From: Tubiluchus corallicola
Lineage: Eukaryota; Animalia; Priapulida
Direction of reading: 5' to 3'
Assembly: GCA_030141605.1 (NCBI GenBank)
Contig: JAQGDQ010000054.1
Span: 310,001 to 374,000 of the forward strand
Length of the DNA stretch: 64,000 bases
The notes under the pieces are model-generated. The model worked only from the letters and a program-made list of their open reading frames with translations. It ran no database searches and was not told where the DNA came from. Of this stretch, positions 44,701-56,000 are shown in pieces. The stretch's first letter is position 1, and the number at the start of each line of letters is the position of its first letter. The translations under genes and the position numbers were made by a program.

Positions 44701-46449
44701 TTTACATAGCTCTGAACAAGACTTATTTTCATTAATAAGCTTAAAATGCTAGAAAAACACGGAACGAAGTCTTTATAGTGACAAGATATTCTCAAGGTTT
44801 AGTCAAGGATAGGAAAATACCAAAAATGCTACACTAACCCAGAAAAGTAACTAATGCAGTTTAGGCCCAAGACCGAGCGACTTTATGCCAACCCAACTTG
44901 CTAAAAATCTGCTTTTCGCTTGTCAGTCTCGTGATAACAAAACAGCTTTTCGCTGTAACACGTGTCGAATAGTGGCCTAAAATTCTCGTTTTTTTGTCCT
45001 CTGTAAAATTCTTGCAGAGGCACTATTTAAAGTGCAGAGATATCATTAAACATTTAAGGTGCCATTAATAGACAACGGCCCGGGTTAGCAGTTAACCTGC
45101 CTGAATTCAGCATTGAAAGGCAGGGACTACTCAACGAGATGTCTGTTGGCTCATTATCAAGACCTAATACTATTGTAGCGTCTTTGAATGGTGCAAGTCC
45201 AGTGATTTCTCAAAGATTTTTTCACATTTACAATTTTGTGTTCAGGAGTGACCAACTGGCCTCAATCTATTGGAGTCTGTGGTCTGTCTAAGGGTCTGTC
45301 CACTAAGGTCTGTCCTTATCTAGAAATAAAAAGCTACTTAAGTTTGACTGCCCAATTTCTTACAGCTTTTGGGTTGTATCTGGTCTTGAACATCTAGGTC
45401 GCTGACCAACGCATAATAATTTCTTTTTATCTGGAACTATAAGTTTCCCAAACTTTTGCTCCCAGCTCCATTTCCTTTTTCAGTTGCAGTTGACATTTCA
45501 CCTTGAACACTTATCATAGGTGACCATCTGTTTTATTTCGTACCACATGTTACCCAAGTCTGTTTATCTTACTCAATACGGTTTTTGCGTTGCAAATGAC
45601 TTTGGACGTTAAACTACTCATTCAAAGTAGTAGTTAATAAATTATCTCCGTTTTATATATATATTTTAACCAGATTTTGAATGAATTCTCGCCCAAGCCC
45701 TTTCAGTTTTTGGGTAAATGACCTCTGACCTTGAATTATTCACTCTTGGTCACTGACAATTCTATTAAAATTTGTCTCATTCCTCTTGTGGGACCTACAT
45801 ATAAAACATGCTAGAATACTACTAGTAATTTAAGTGTAGTAGGTCTAAGTGATCTAAGCGATGAGGTGTAATCTGAGTGATTACTGTGCTTTGTAAGTGA
45901 AATTAAGAATAGTGTCAAGACTGGCTAAGTAATGGACAAGTAAATCGCTTTGATTCTCTCTCTAGGCGGTTTCATTCGCCATGCTGGTTCCGGCTATTTA
46001 CTGCATAAAATTAGGATGAACATACATTTGTACGTTGCTAAGGCTCAACTGCTGGCTCAGTGTCTACAATAAATAAGGTTTTTGTCCAGACCATCCAATT
46101 TGAGCAGCACTTGTAGTTACATGCTAGACTCAAACTAGCAAATTGTATAAAAATACTACCATAATCAATATACAACAGTATCTTCTAAGCGAGCTATTTT
46201 GTACTATATATGCAAACACGACTATCCTTGATAGTTCGTTTATTTATTTTTAAGTATTTACGTATTTATGACCATAAAATGGAAATTTGCTAGTGAAAAT
46301 TCATACTTTTCTGGTCCTACAATGCGGATCTTGTTCCATTTCCAGGCCTTGAGGAAGCTGAAGACAGAATTGGCAACGTTGGATCCTGGAGGAAGCGTCC
46401 GAGCAAACGTTGCGAATTTCGTGTTGGTGACATTGTGGTCTGAACATCT
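18083..46449 (-). CDS. Gyc32E: Gene B: receptor-type guanylyl cyclase, Gyc32E-like; 5'-partial, 22 exons (~1119 aa) plus a candidate micro-exon
   Basis: Exons 46449-46307,42600-42452,40259-40101,39879-39680,39244-39097,38261-38101,37595-37505,36177-36105,35952-35835,34509-34354,33154-33050,26151-26080,25198-25036,24346-24197,23000-22790,22236-22096,21819-21696,20739-20658,20414-20253,20101-20003,19187-19096,18643-18083 splice into one open frame. Motifs: [104 protein letters not shown]. Subfamily from recalled similarity to Drosophila Gyc32E. Confidence 0.93.
19096..19187 (-). CDS. Gyc32E: Gene B exon, cyclase domain
   Basis: [31 protein letters not shown]; 92 nt as in gene A. Confidence 0.94.
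20003..20101 (-). CDS. Gyc32E: Gene B exon, cyclase domain
   Basis: [33 protein letters not shown]; 99 nt. Confidence 0.95.
20253..20414 (-). CDS. Gyc32E: Gene B exon, cyclase domain
   Basis: [30 protein letters not shown]...LRIGIHS. Confidence 0.95.
20658..20739 (-). CDS. Gyc32E: Gene B exon, cyclase domain
   Basis: [27 protein letters not shown](G). Confidence 0.94.
21696..21819 (-). CDS. Gyc32E: Gene B exon, cyclase domain
   Basis: [41 protein letters not shown]; 124 nt. Confidence 0.95.
22096..22236 (-). CDS. Gyc32E: Gene B exon, dimerisation coiled coil
   Basis: [46 protein letters not shown]; 141 nt. Confidence 0.94.
22790..23000 (-). CDS. Gyc32E: Gene B exon, kinase-homology domain end
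   Basis: IVEKVKNG...VFRPP...[16 protein letters not shown]...QAGL. Confidence 0.93.
24197..24346 (-). CDS. Gyc32E: Gene B exon, kinase-homology domain
   Basis: [34 protein letters not shown]; 150 nt. Confidence 0.94.
25036..25198 (-). CDS. Gyc32E: Gene B exon, pseudokinase HGN loop
   Basis: [39 protein letters not shown]. Confidence 0.94.
25456..25869. mobile_element. MITE with TA flanks
   Basis: AGCCTTTTCACAATT / AACTGTGAAAAGGCT inverted termini (14/15); internal inverted pair AAAGGTTAAGTGAACCTAACA (25501) and TGCTGGGTTCAATTAACCTTT (25803); TA on both sides. Confidence 0.7.
26080..26151 (-). CDS. Gyc32E: Gene B exon, kinase-homology domain
   Basis: [24 protein letters not shown]; 72 nt; weak donor gttcgc. 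Confidence 0.92.
27395..28012. repeat. Degenerate ~35-40-bp minisatellite
   Basis: Recurrent AGACCTGTGACCCACAGAGACAGTGATC-like units. Confidence 0.7.
29880..30670 (+). mobile_element. Decayed non-LTR retrotransposon reverse transcriptase fragment (L1/Tx1-like)
   Basis: Collinear degenerate RT motifs in shifting frames: [13 protein letters not shown] (29892), RGMRQ (30013), ANADDVTV (30165; YADD equivalent), LIILP..KGGLG (~30590-30622). Confidence 0.65.
31170..31230 (-). repeat. Interspersed tRNA-like repeat, copy 2 of 3
   Basis: CTCCACTGGAACTCAAAACCAAGATCTTCTACTTTCT. Confidence 0.6.
32648..32708. repeat. (GA)n microsatellite
   Basis: Seen directly. Confidence 0.95.
33050..33154 (-). CDS. 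Gyc32E: Gene B exon, kinase-homology domain
   Basis: [35 protein letters not shown]; 105 nt. Confidence 0.93.
33604..34323. mobile_element. Old hAT-like MITE
   Basis: Termini TAGCGTGACCA / GTGTCACCCTA (TAGGGTGAC type); flanks ATCTGTGT vs ATTTATGC match 5/8, all mismatches transitions. Confidence 0.45.
34354..34509 (-). CDS. Gyc32E: Gene B exon, kinase-homology domain start
   Basis: LEYRHS...[31 protein letters not shown]. Confidence 0.9.
34925..35215 (+). mobile_element. Degenerate SINE with Meta-domain-like core
   Basis: TCATATCAAGGACTTTGAAAATGGTACCTGATGCTGCCC resembles the recalled MetaSINE core; (ATT)n-like tail. Confidence 0.5.
35335..35525 (-). mobile_element. tRNA-derived SINE remnant
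   Basis: Minus strand A-box TGGCTGAGTGG and B-box-like AGTTCAATAC. Confidence 0.5.
35587..35613 (-). CDS. Gene B candidate 27-nt micro-exon (NSHLASSRN)
   Basis: atttag|AACAGTCACCTTGCAAGCAGCAGAAAT|gtaaga; phase 0/0 matching the host intron; no stop codon. Confidence 0.55.
35835..35952 (-). CDS. Gyc32E: Gene B exon, cytoplasmic juxtamembrane segment
   Basis: [22 protein letters not shown]...NVKP|gtaagt. Confidence 0.92.
36105..36177 (-). CDS. Gyc32E: Gene B exon, transmembrane helix
   Basis: ttacag|[24 protein letters not shown]|gtaatg. Confidence 0.9.
37505..37595 (-). CDS. Gyc32E: Gene B exon, extracellular juxtamembrane Cys motif
   Basis: [30 protein letters not shown]. Confidence 0.92.
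38101..38261 (-). CDS. Gyc32E: Gene B exon, ectodomain
   Basis: [23 protein letters not shown]...PIGEF...DLP. Confidence 0.9.
39097..39244 (-). CDS. Gyc32E: Gene B exon, ectodomain
   Basis: [23 protein letters not shown]...NGTEILLHI. Confidence 0.92.
39325..39601. mobile_element. piggyBac-like MITE remnant
   Basis: TTAA|CCCTT ... AAGGG|TTAA. Confidence 0.5.
39605..39670. repeat. Local tandem duplication
   Basis: TTAAGGATTAGG three times, beside an exon donor. Confidence 0.7.
39680..39879 (-). CDS. Gyc32E: Gene B exon, ectodomain
   Basis: ttgcag|[11 protein letters not shown]...[10 protein letters not shown]...NHLL|gtatgt; phases 1/0 fit the neighbouring exons. Confidence 0.85.
40101..40259 (-). 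CDS. Gyc32E: Gene B exon, ectodomain
   Basis: [18 protein letters not shown]...SEYVVVAV...DFQK|gtaagt. Confidence 0.87.
41503..42420. mobile_element. Non-autonomous DNA transposon with 6-bp TSD (hAT6-like)
   Basis: Perfect 14-bp TIR CAGGGTTCCCACAG/CTGTGGGAACCCTG; TSD CCAGGT at 41497-41502 and 42421-42426; subterminal TTCCTGAC/TTCCATGAC repeats. Confidence 0.85.
42452..42600 (-). CDS. Gyc32E: Gene B exon, ectodomain
   Basis: tttcag|[15 protein letters not shown]...[13 protein letters not shown]|gtaagt; splices to give the TRIY motif. Confidence 0.87.
42960..43760 (-). mobile_element. Decayed CR1/L2-type LINE ORF2 3' fragment
   Basis: Minus-strand motifs in order, with frameshifts: [61 protein letters not shown]. 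Confidence 0.75.
46307..46449 (-). CDS. Gyc32E: Gene B most 5' exon found, ectodomain
   Basis: ttgcag|[48 protein letters not shown]|gtatga. Confidence 0.9.
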
Positions 46450-49360
46450 CTGCAAAAATAGTAGACAGCTTCACAGTTACTGATCAAATAAATTGATGAA
46501 ATTTAGCTATTACATTGTTTTCGCAGTTGAACAGTCGATGGTTGTACGTGTAAACTGTAAATACTTTTATAATGCTAGTCAAATAGGTTTAGCGCCAAAA
46601 ATAAAATAAAATAAAATAAAATAAAATAATTAAACTAAAAATAAAGCCACTTATTGTAAGTTTGCTCGTGTATATTTCTGTTCTTCTGCGGTTTCACAAT
46701 AAATGAATGAAATTAGTGACAAACGTACATTACTGAAAAAAATGGCAACCGTATGTCTAAATACAAAGAAAGCCGAAATACAGAAACTGTGGAATTGTGC
46801 TGCAGATTCGCCCAAAAAATTTTCTTGTCATCAAGTGAAAGCAAGTTGAGGGTCATATTTTTTTGGCTTCTGGTGTGTAAAAAAGAAAGCACTGGCAACG
46901 TTTCTGAAACTGGCATGTCTTATGCTGTAACAAATTTCAAAACGATTTGTACTATTGCAGTTCGAAACGTGGTTGCATGTACGCGACAGTTTGCCACCGA
47001 CAAAATCTCATCTGGGAAACTGTTACCCATGACCAAAAAACAACCAACGGAATTGTACGAATCAAATAAAAGTGTACACGAGCAGGTCATTAAAAATGCA
47101 GAGAGCAGAAGCAAAGCTGTACGTGTACACTGCCAACTTATTCGAGTAATGTCTTGCCAGAGCCCATCAATTGTAAGATGAAGTATAATTATCAGACTCG
47201 AATCTCGTCGAGAATTTTCACAATGTCTCAGAAAACCCGATTTTAATTGCGTCAAAAGGTGCGAGTCTTTTCATATGACTGCCAATTTTGTTCACTCAGA
47301 GTGGAAATAAAAGCTAAGTGAAGAAAAGAAAAGTGTTTTCAGCAATTCGTCAGAACGCGAAAGAACCTCAAACGAATATTATTAAGCAGAAACCATGTGT
47401 TGAACTTTCAACATTCAGGTAAGTACAGCTCAATACATTTAGAACAGAGAAAGATAAAAATAAATACAGATAATGAAAATATAGTAAAGAAAGTAAAAGA
47501 TAGCAAAATATACTAAAAATAGATAAAAATGACAAAAGACAACTAAAAATGGAAAAAAATTCGAAACAGTTTTTATACATTCTCGATCTGTAGCTTCGTT
47601 TCACAGTGCAAACACAATAAACAAATATTAAAATAACAAAGACGAAACTTTATGACAATTTTTATTAAAGCATATTTGACGAAATAATTATATTATTTAC
47701 TCAGTCGATTAAATTTATTATTTGACTTCTATTTTATATTAGCGTCTTCCGGAACAACTAAAACTATGAACAAAATCAAAACTAACAATTGCACTACATT
47801 TTATAGCGATCAATGTTTTTAAATATAGAGCTTATAGAAAAAATGTGCTGAAGACTGGTTTCGAAACAACGGAAGCATAGGTCATAGTGCCCTCTAAGAA
47901 ATATTTTCCAAAACTTAAAAATTGTTTTTTCTGGACATACCAGCAGAAATCAGTGCAATTTAAACTTTTAAATTACGGGGAATAACATCCATAGACATTA
48001 AGAAAGACGGCGAAGTTCTGGCTTGCCTTATTTTATATTATTAGAGAGTTTACAATTATTATAATGTTGGTTACACGCGGCACGCACGCTATTGATTCTG
48101 TAACTCTTTCTGCGTTTCTCAATAACATTCCTCAACGCTTTTGTTCCCTGTTAATTTAAAGCTCATTAAGCAGCTTTTCCATTAAGCGCGATCATTAATT
48201 TATACCACATTTCCTGACAAGGTGTTATGATATAACGTTACTTATTGCCTAATATTAACGCACATCAATATTCTCATTGTATTTATGAGCTTGCGAGTGT
48301 CGCAAACAATCACATCACACCATTATGAACCGGCGGCTAACTCCAACTCAGCTGTTAATCTCGCCACCGTTCACGGCTGAAAATTTTTAGTGTTATAAAA
48401 ATTCGAGTGCAAAGGCTGTTCCACATTAAATAAAACCGAAAACTCAAACGTTTTTTGTTTCCGATGTTAATTTATGTTTTTTAATTCGGTGATAATGTTA
48501 CATTAAAGTTATAAAGTTACAAACTAGCATTTGGTATCATTAGCATAACAATGTATTGAGAAAAAAATTTATTGAAAACTTCATAAATACAAAATCTTAA
48601 CTATTACATATATCATGTACGCTGTACGTAATTACAGACCAGCCTAGCGATTTTGTCCGCATGCGTTTCATGAACAAAACCGACCTTTGTAAAACACGCT
48701 GATCAAAATTGATAATAAGGGTATATATTTTCTATAATCTACTCTAATACAGCACTAAGAAGTTACACAAACCAAGTCAATACTAGCAACTTCGGTCATG
48801 AAAAACCGTACAAAATTTCAGAGACGGCTTAATCCTTTAAAAGAATGCGAGAAAAAACAGTCGTTCGCGCGATATGCAGTTCAGTTTGTTTTAAAGGTTT
48901 GAGCAGTACTGCGCGCTCTGTTTGCAAATCTTGAAGACTAGAGAGAAACCAAGCAGAACAAAGAAATAAACCCATTTCAAATTTCACGACGACTTAGCTT
49001 CGCTTGTTGTTCACCTCGCTTAGTTCTAGCCGCAAACTGATTGAAAAAACTTCGATTTCCGCTTTCTGTTAAATTACCAGATATTCTCGTCAGTTATGAG
49101 ATGTTTGAAAAATAAATATCTTATCTCTACGGGCGATTAAGGTACATTTCACAGCCTACTGAGCACCGATTATTATTTTGCTTGTCATGATCTTCTGTGG
49201 AAGAATAAATACGCAGGAAAATGAATGTATAAGGAATTTTTTAATAAACATCTTCAAGAATGGTCATGATAAATTACAGCTAAAAATGGAAATATTAATT
49301 ACTAATATGACTTCTAAAAGTATAATTATGTCACCGTTTCACACGTTTCGAGGGACACGG

Positions 49361-49427
<67 letters not shown>

Positions 49428-49436
49428 AGAGAGAGA

Positions 49437-49528
<92 letters not shown>

Positions 49529-49587
49529 AAGTAAGAGAGAGTAAGACAGAAAGGCAGAGAGGAGAGAAAGAGAGAGAGAGGGAGAAG

Positions 49588-49665
<78 letters not shown>
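49361..49665. repeat. Long interrupted (GA)n polypurine tract
   Basis: Seen directly. Confidence 0.95.
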
Positions 49666-49670
<5 letters not shown>

Positions 49671-52600
49671 CAGTACAACTTAGAAAGACATAATAGCACC
49701 ATCATGTTTTTCTGGCTTTCCTTGGTTTGACAGGGAAATTTGCAAATATCTCGACTAAAAGTTTGGTATAACTATTTTAGCTTAAAATAGGACATGTATA
49801 GCAATCATTTCTAACACAGACGATGAAGCCATTTCCCCCATCGCACAGAAAACTGTGTGGTGTCTGTCATGTGACACGTAAACGTTTAAACATATTAGCT
49901 TTTTAACGACAAAGCAATCATTTTTATACGTTAGTCTCTTAAAGGGTCATTGTAAGTTCGAAAAGCTACTCGAATCTTACAGCTGCGTTTCTAGATTTTC
50001 TCCAATATAAAAACTTCAAATAATAATTCGATAAATCTGCACAGCGAATCTTCCACAATGCAAAGCTGATATACTAAGTACTTCAAAAAATCAAAATGCG
50101 TCCATGTGCAGTCACAACACGACTAAGTAACTCTAGTGCTACAAAGTAACAAACATCGCGGAAAAGGGATTATTGCGTTCACAGGAAGACACCGCTTGTG
50201 GCATTACTGCATGCACGAATGGCTTCATAGTTCATAGAGAACTTAAAATGCCATCGGGCAATGTCAATTAAGAAATCCAGTCACACTAAAATGTCAAAAA
50301 CGACAAATTTTCCACCAGCTACTCATTAAATCAATAAATGACTTAACTGCATCTTTTATGAAAATACCTAACTGGATCTTTTATGAAAATACCCTCTTTG
50401 TAAGACCTTCTAGTATAATGGATTTTAAGCCCCATGCACAGCAGTTCCCACATAATCTCTATAGTATTGTGTTGTGTATTACATGTACATGTTATTAAAA
50501 AGTGTTGTGCTATTTGGACTTTTCTACAAATTCAAGTGTGAATAGAAATTTATAGTGATCGAGCTGCAATTTAAGTTAAACTTGATGCAACTAAGACGAG
50601 GATTTAATCAGTAAGAACCTTTGTTCAAATGTTACTAAATGTGAAAAGCCCTTTTTCCCAAGAGACAGATTACACAGAAATGTAAAGAAAACAGCGATTT
50701 GAAATTCTGTCAAGCGTCTGTCTAAATTATTAAAAGGATAGAAAAGTAAGAAGACAGTACAATGCGATGAAGTGTTGACGCAGTAAACTGATGGAGCTAA
50801 GGAAACAAGATTTTTCGTATTCTGATTGAAAATAAAAAAAATTAGCTACGGTAACTGCAAAGATACCTTTATATGCTCCAAGGACTCGTTTCTTGTTTTG
50901 ATTTCTGAATTCTGTCACGGTCCATAATCACAATAACCAATAGATTACATGCACTTTTCTATGCATGTAAAGTGACGACAGATTAAATAACAGTGAAGGC
51001 AATACATGTTTATCTCTGGCTTCATTATGTCTTCACTATAATAATTATGTGAAAAACATTAAGAGCCATTAATTTTTTTCATATTAGCCCTATGGCACGT
51101 CAATGTCTAAGTAGCTAAACATTTATTCTTGACCAGAATATTTTAATTAATTTCGTTGGGTTTTTGTTTAAGCAGAATACAAAAATTATTCACAAAATTT
51201 CAACTCTGTTTGGTCTGCTACAGGGTAGTATAAATAATTTGTGAAATGTAAACACCAAACGTCGACCAAAACAAACTAAGCGACACTTTTCAAACACGCC
51301 AACTGGCGTCAATTTCCTGTCTTGAAATTCATAATTACTTTGTGTCAACTGAAACAATTTTAACAAGTGCATGATGTGTTTAGCCGGAACCAAAAGCCAG
51401 CCAAGAGAGTTTTTATTGAGCCAGTTGGGTTACTGAGTTTCATAAGCGGCGTATAAAGATTGGCTGCGATGGGGAGCGTAAAAATGAATCAACATTGAGC
51501 TCCACCACAGGTTGGAAATGTGAGCTCAAACAGAGGCCGTAAAGGTGAGTAGCGACAATTAAATGAGAAACTTTTAAATACTTAATACACACAAGTTTAT
51601 AATAAATTACAATAAAACGACCATGGCGTGATGCATACATGCTGTGCGCACATCATATAGGCTTGCAAAATATATAATACAAAATGGGCCAGTCATCTAC
51701 TCAAGTAATAAACTCACGCTATTACGATAAATGCTGTCAAGTTTATGCCTTATTTATAAAAAGCATCAGTATTCATAACACCTTTCACAGGTAAATGTAT
51801 TATTCATAACATAAGTAACCCCAGAGAGCACTTACGCTTGCATATTATTTATATAAGTTACCAGTGAGTAATTAATGTCAAGCACATAGTACTTGAATTC
51901 TTAAATTACCTCCGACATTATTAACAACGTAGGCAATTCGAAAGGGAGTCTTAGAATATGTTGACACATAAGTTGACATAATTGCACAATATGTAAGCTT
52001 TGTGTGCTCTGAATAAAGCACACAACATAGCAACGCAACAAAACATGTACATATGTATGTTTGTATGTGCGTATGCATGATTCTACGTGCGTATGTATAC
52101 ATGGATATAAAGCTTGAAAGGCTACAAGTCGATAACGTCAATGTGACACTTCTTAGGTTTTTACATTAGCAGCTACCTGAATTGGACTTAGAATCTGTAC
52201 AGGAAAGGTTTTGAAATTAGCAATGTCACCTTTATTAGTCCGCAACAAACAAAACTCAACTACCTACCCGAGAAGAGAATAATTTTAGAACAAGATGATA
52301 ACGAAGTTAGTGTAGTTCATGTAACAGAGGTCTGCTTTATTATCAGATGCTCATAGGATGGCTTTGTAAGAATATCTAGTGTAAAAATTGTGCATCAATT
52401 GTTATATGTTAGTAGTCTTAGTTCCTGTTTTAATTAATATTAATTAGCAAGATGCCTTTTATTTTTTAATTTTGCAAAGTGTGTGTCACATTTTAAATGT
52501 ACGCTTGATGATCACTTTAATACGGAACCGCAAGTCTGAGGTGATATAACGTTTTGTATTATAACAAATTCCCAAACTGTTTTCTATTGCTTTGCTCTCT

Positions 52601-52914
52601 TTTGAACGTCTGAGCTGGTGAAAGTTGTACTATGATATAAACTTGAGCTTGAATTTACATGAATTTTATAGTGTCCCATAAAATTAAAAACCCAATGGGT
52701 TATGGTGCATTGAACTGTGACAATCCCGATCTTTCGCACTGTATTTTTATTCTACTTTTTTTATTATCAAAATTATCGCCGTTTGTGTGAACATTTTCTT
52801 GTCAACACCAAAAAGAATTGTCCCACAGAACATTTGATAATGAATGCACATGAGATTGGAATAAGTTTCATTCTTTACAGGGCATGAAATATTTGATGAT
52901 GCCCGTATATAATG

Positions 52915-53002
52915 GCTGTAGGTCAAAAAAGGATCACTGGACAAAGGACTAAAGGACAAAGGACCAGCGGACAAAGGATCACCCTGAACAAGGGACCACT
53001 AG
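52915..53002. repeat. Short tandem GGACAAAGGATCAC array, probably a transposon subterminal fragment
   Basis: About 5-6 copies of a ~15-bp unit. Confidence 0.6.
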
Positions 53003-56000
53003 TGGATGTGTTGACAGCAGCTTTAGTGAAACTGCTACTCTAACTTGCCGTTAACATTTTATTTAATAAAGCGTGAATGACAATTTTTGGTTATAATATT
53101 AATAATTGATAAATGTCTTATACCTATTATAAGTTATTTTTATTAAAAATTTATTTTAAAGTACACAGATTTGTAAGAAAAGTTAAAATACTTAGCTGTA
53201 CACTGGATTTATTATAGATAAAAGACTAACAAATTCGTAAGACTAGCAAAACAAAAAATGTTAAAAAAAACATTAACGAAAAATCAATTTTATTAAGTAG
53301 GATTGAAGATCAAGTTTTTGGCAGAGCTTTTAATATAAAAACACGTTTTGTAACAGATGGTGTTGCCTAATTCTCGTCGCCTAATTAACATGCTGCTGCT
53401 CACGTGTCGGAATTCTAAAAAGACAAACAAGCCATTAGTCGTCATTGGGAAATGTTTCAATGTTTGAATATTTGTTGTACGGAAGAATGTTGCTCTCTCT
53501 GTATCATCTTAATTATTGTTTATCAGTGACAGGTTCCAAAATAACGGGCCCGCATCATTGCAATTAAAACTTCATGCAGGTAGATGCGGTTGTCAGGAAA
53601 TCGCATATATATTTCCCGAAGTTAAATTTAATTTTGTGTGTTAGTCTAAAATCGCCCCTAAAATTCTCTAGCATTTTTTCTAATTAATGAATTTTCCTTT
53701 AACTACAGTCTTATAATATAGCCTTGAATGTTAAACTTAGATTTGCCCTTAGAATAGGTCTGTAGGCAGTTTTAGACCATACAAGTATGCATTGCATGAA
53801 GCCCACTATTTAGATTAATTTACGAAGGAAAAGTTTATATTATATAAGGCCGCTCGACATGAGCAACGAGGACGACTCTCTTAGCTTTCAGTGGCTAACA
53901 GACAAGTCCCTCTATATAGGCCTATAGCGCTAAATTGTAGTTAAAATTATGGTGCACCTAACTTGAATTTATATTAAGCCTTTTAAGGTGATTATTGTGC
54001 TATTTGTGATAATATGCTATTCATGTAATTGGTAATATGTAAGTAAACATTCATGATAGTTAACTAACACCTTAAATTTGTAAAATTTGTAATGTGAGGA
54101 CCAATCTATAGCCTGTGAAGTACGTATTATCAATGAATTGAATGAAATAATTATTTGTTTTGTTGTAGCCACATTTTAGTCAAATCTTTCTGTTTTTATT
54201 GTTGGTTTGTGAACTTTTGAAATAAGAAGTACGAATGACTAAACAAAAAATGATTAAACATTCAATGTAGTGAGACACAAGCAATTAAAGAAATACATAT
54301 CGAGGCTTACTTTACAATGGATAATCGCATAACCCTATCTTAACAGCAATCATACAAATATTTGATAGTTTCAGCCTTGTTACAAATAGATTACCAGCGT
54401 ACCATAGGTTTTCCCCTGAGCTTTATTAATATAAAAATCATAAGCAATAAAACAAATTTTCGATAGCGGTGTTACAAAGGACTGGTGCTTTTTGTCTAAT
54501 GTTAATCAACGAAGAAAGGCCAGTTAAAGATAAGTCTTAGTTCTCACGGAACTGGTCATTCTCATTTCACACAAATGAAAAATTTTGTATTGAAGTGTTT
54601 TGTTCAAAATAAATATTTGAATAAAAATGAAATCAATTGTTATGAGTTACACATCAAGATACTATTTCCAAACTGTTTCGTTAAACCTAAAGTGTTAAAG
54701 TTAAAAATTTTTATACATCTTAATTTTATTTTTTTTTATATTTTTTAAAAATTTGTAACTTTATTTAATAATATTATTGGATGCATAAAAATAGTATTTT
54801 GGCCACGTGAGTAGAAAGATACTGAAAAAATAAATACCGTATACCATACCACACCATAATAAACGCACCACGTCCTATGGTACTCATGATGATAATGACA
54901 ATGTTCATGATGATGACGACAGCTACAACACCAACGCCAACAGCATAACGAAACCACGCAAAACATTTTACACAAATTTGAAACCGTGTGCTACGACAAA
55001 CACTATTAGACTCATCCACCAACGTTCAATAATGCACGGAAGTTCTATATAATTTTTGCTTATTGCTTCTCGGATGGTAATGGGCTAAAAGATATAACTT
55101 ACATGTACAATCTAAAATACTGAAGAATGGAGGGTGTCGCGTAATTTCTCAAACTCGCTAAAAAAGACAGAGGATATTCCAAATAACGTACAGCACTGCG
55201 GGGTTGAAATAGAGCTTCGAAATACACCCTTCCCGCTTGGTCTAGTGGATCTCTCTCTCAGTGAAACCTTCATGCCTTGTAGACCGCTTCATCCTCTTTC
55301 TGCGAGTGTGCTTAATTTTTCTCAACTTAGTTACACAAATCGAGTTTTTCTGGAGGCTGTTCGAGCAGTTTTTTGCAAAATTTGGATGTATGGATCCGGG
55401 AAGACGTCCAATGCGTAAAACCCTGGTTACTACACTCACCGTTGAACGGGCTATCCAACCATTATAGGCACCGTGCCCGGCACATTGCCGTTCTTTATAA
55501 GAGGTATAAGTTTTTGCACAAAATAGGACAAAATGGAAGTCCCCCCCCCGTGGGTCCGATTCGAAAAATAAACCACCAAATAGTGGTGGCAGTGGTTCGA
55601 GACCTTTCGCTTGATATTTAGACGCCAAAAATGGTGCCCTCGTCGGAGCTGTAACCTCGAATCTTATATATATACCATACCACCAAGATTTACATATAGT
55701 AGATTATAGTATCTTTTGGTGTAAATGACAAAAGTAAAAAAATGTCTATGTCTACATAGACATAGCCATAGACAGTGTATATGTTTCCTATATATGAGCC
55801 ATTTCCTTTAAGAATGAACACGTAACATTGCGAAGTCTTGCTATCAATAGACCAGCGCGTGTTGACTGATGGATGTAAGTCCTTCGCCTAACACAATTAT
55901 AAGCTCAAAAGAGGAAGACATTAATTCTCCCGTAGACGCGTTATCTGACGCTCAGCAGATATGACAACGAATGAATGTCTTATACAGGAGCAACGTGACG

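Noticed and set aside
45060-45800. Possible further LINE fragment
   Set aside because: Composition is suggestive, but I could not read a clear motif
46753-47255. 142-aa and 111-aa ORFs
   Set aside because: No recognisable domain and no fitting splice structure
47325-47880. Hammerhead-like CUGANGA...GAAA cores (~47337-47353 minus, ~47848-47866 plus)
   Set aside because: Helices I and III and the NUH cleavage site cannot be formed
49178-49705. ERERER and LSLSLS ORFs (also at 32574 and 60761-61827)
   Set aside because: (GA)n microsatellites
55242-55628. 128-aa minus-strand ORF as a gene B exon or gag fragment
   Set aside because: Non-ATG start and no recognisable motif
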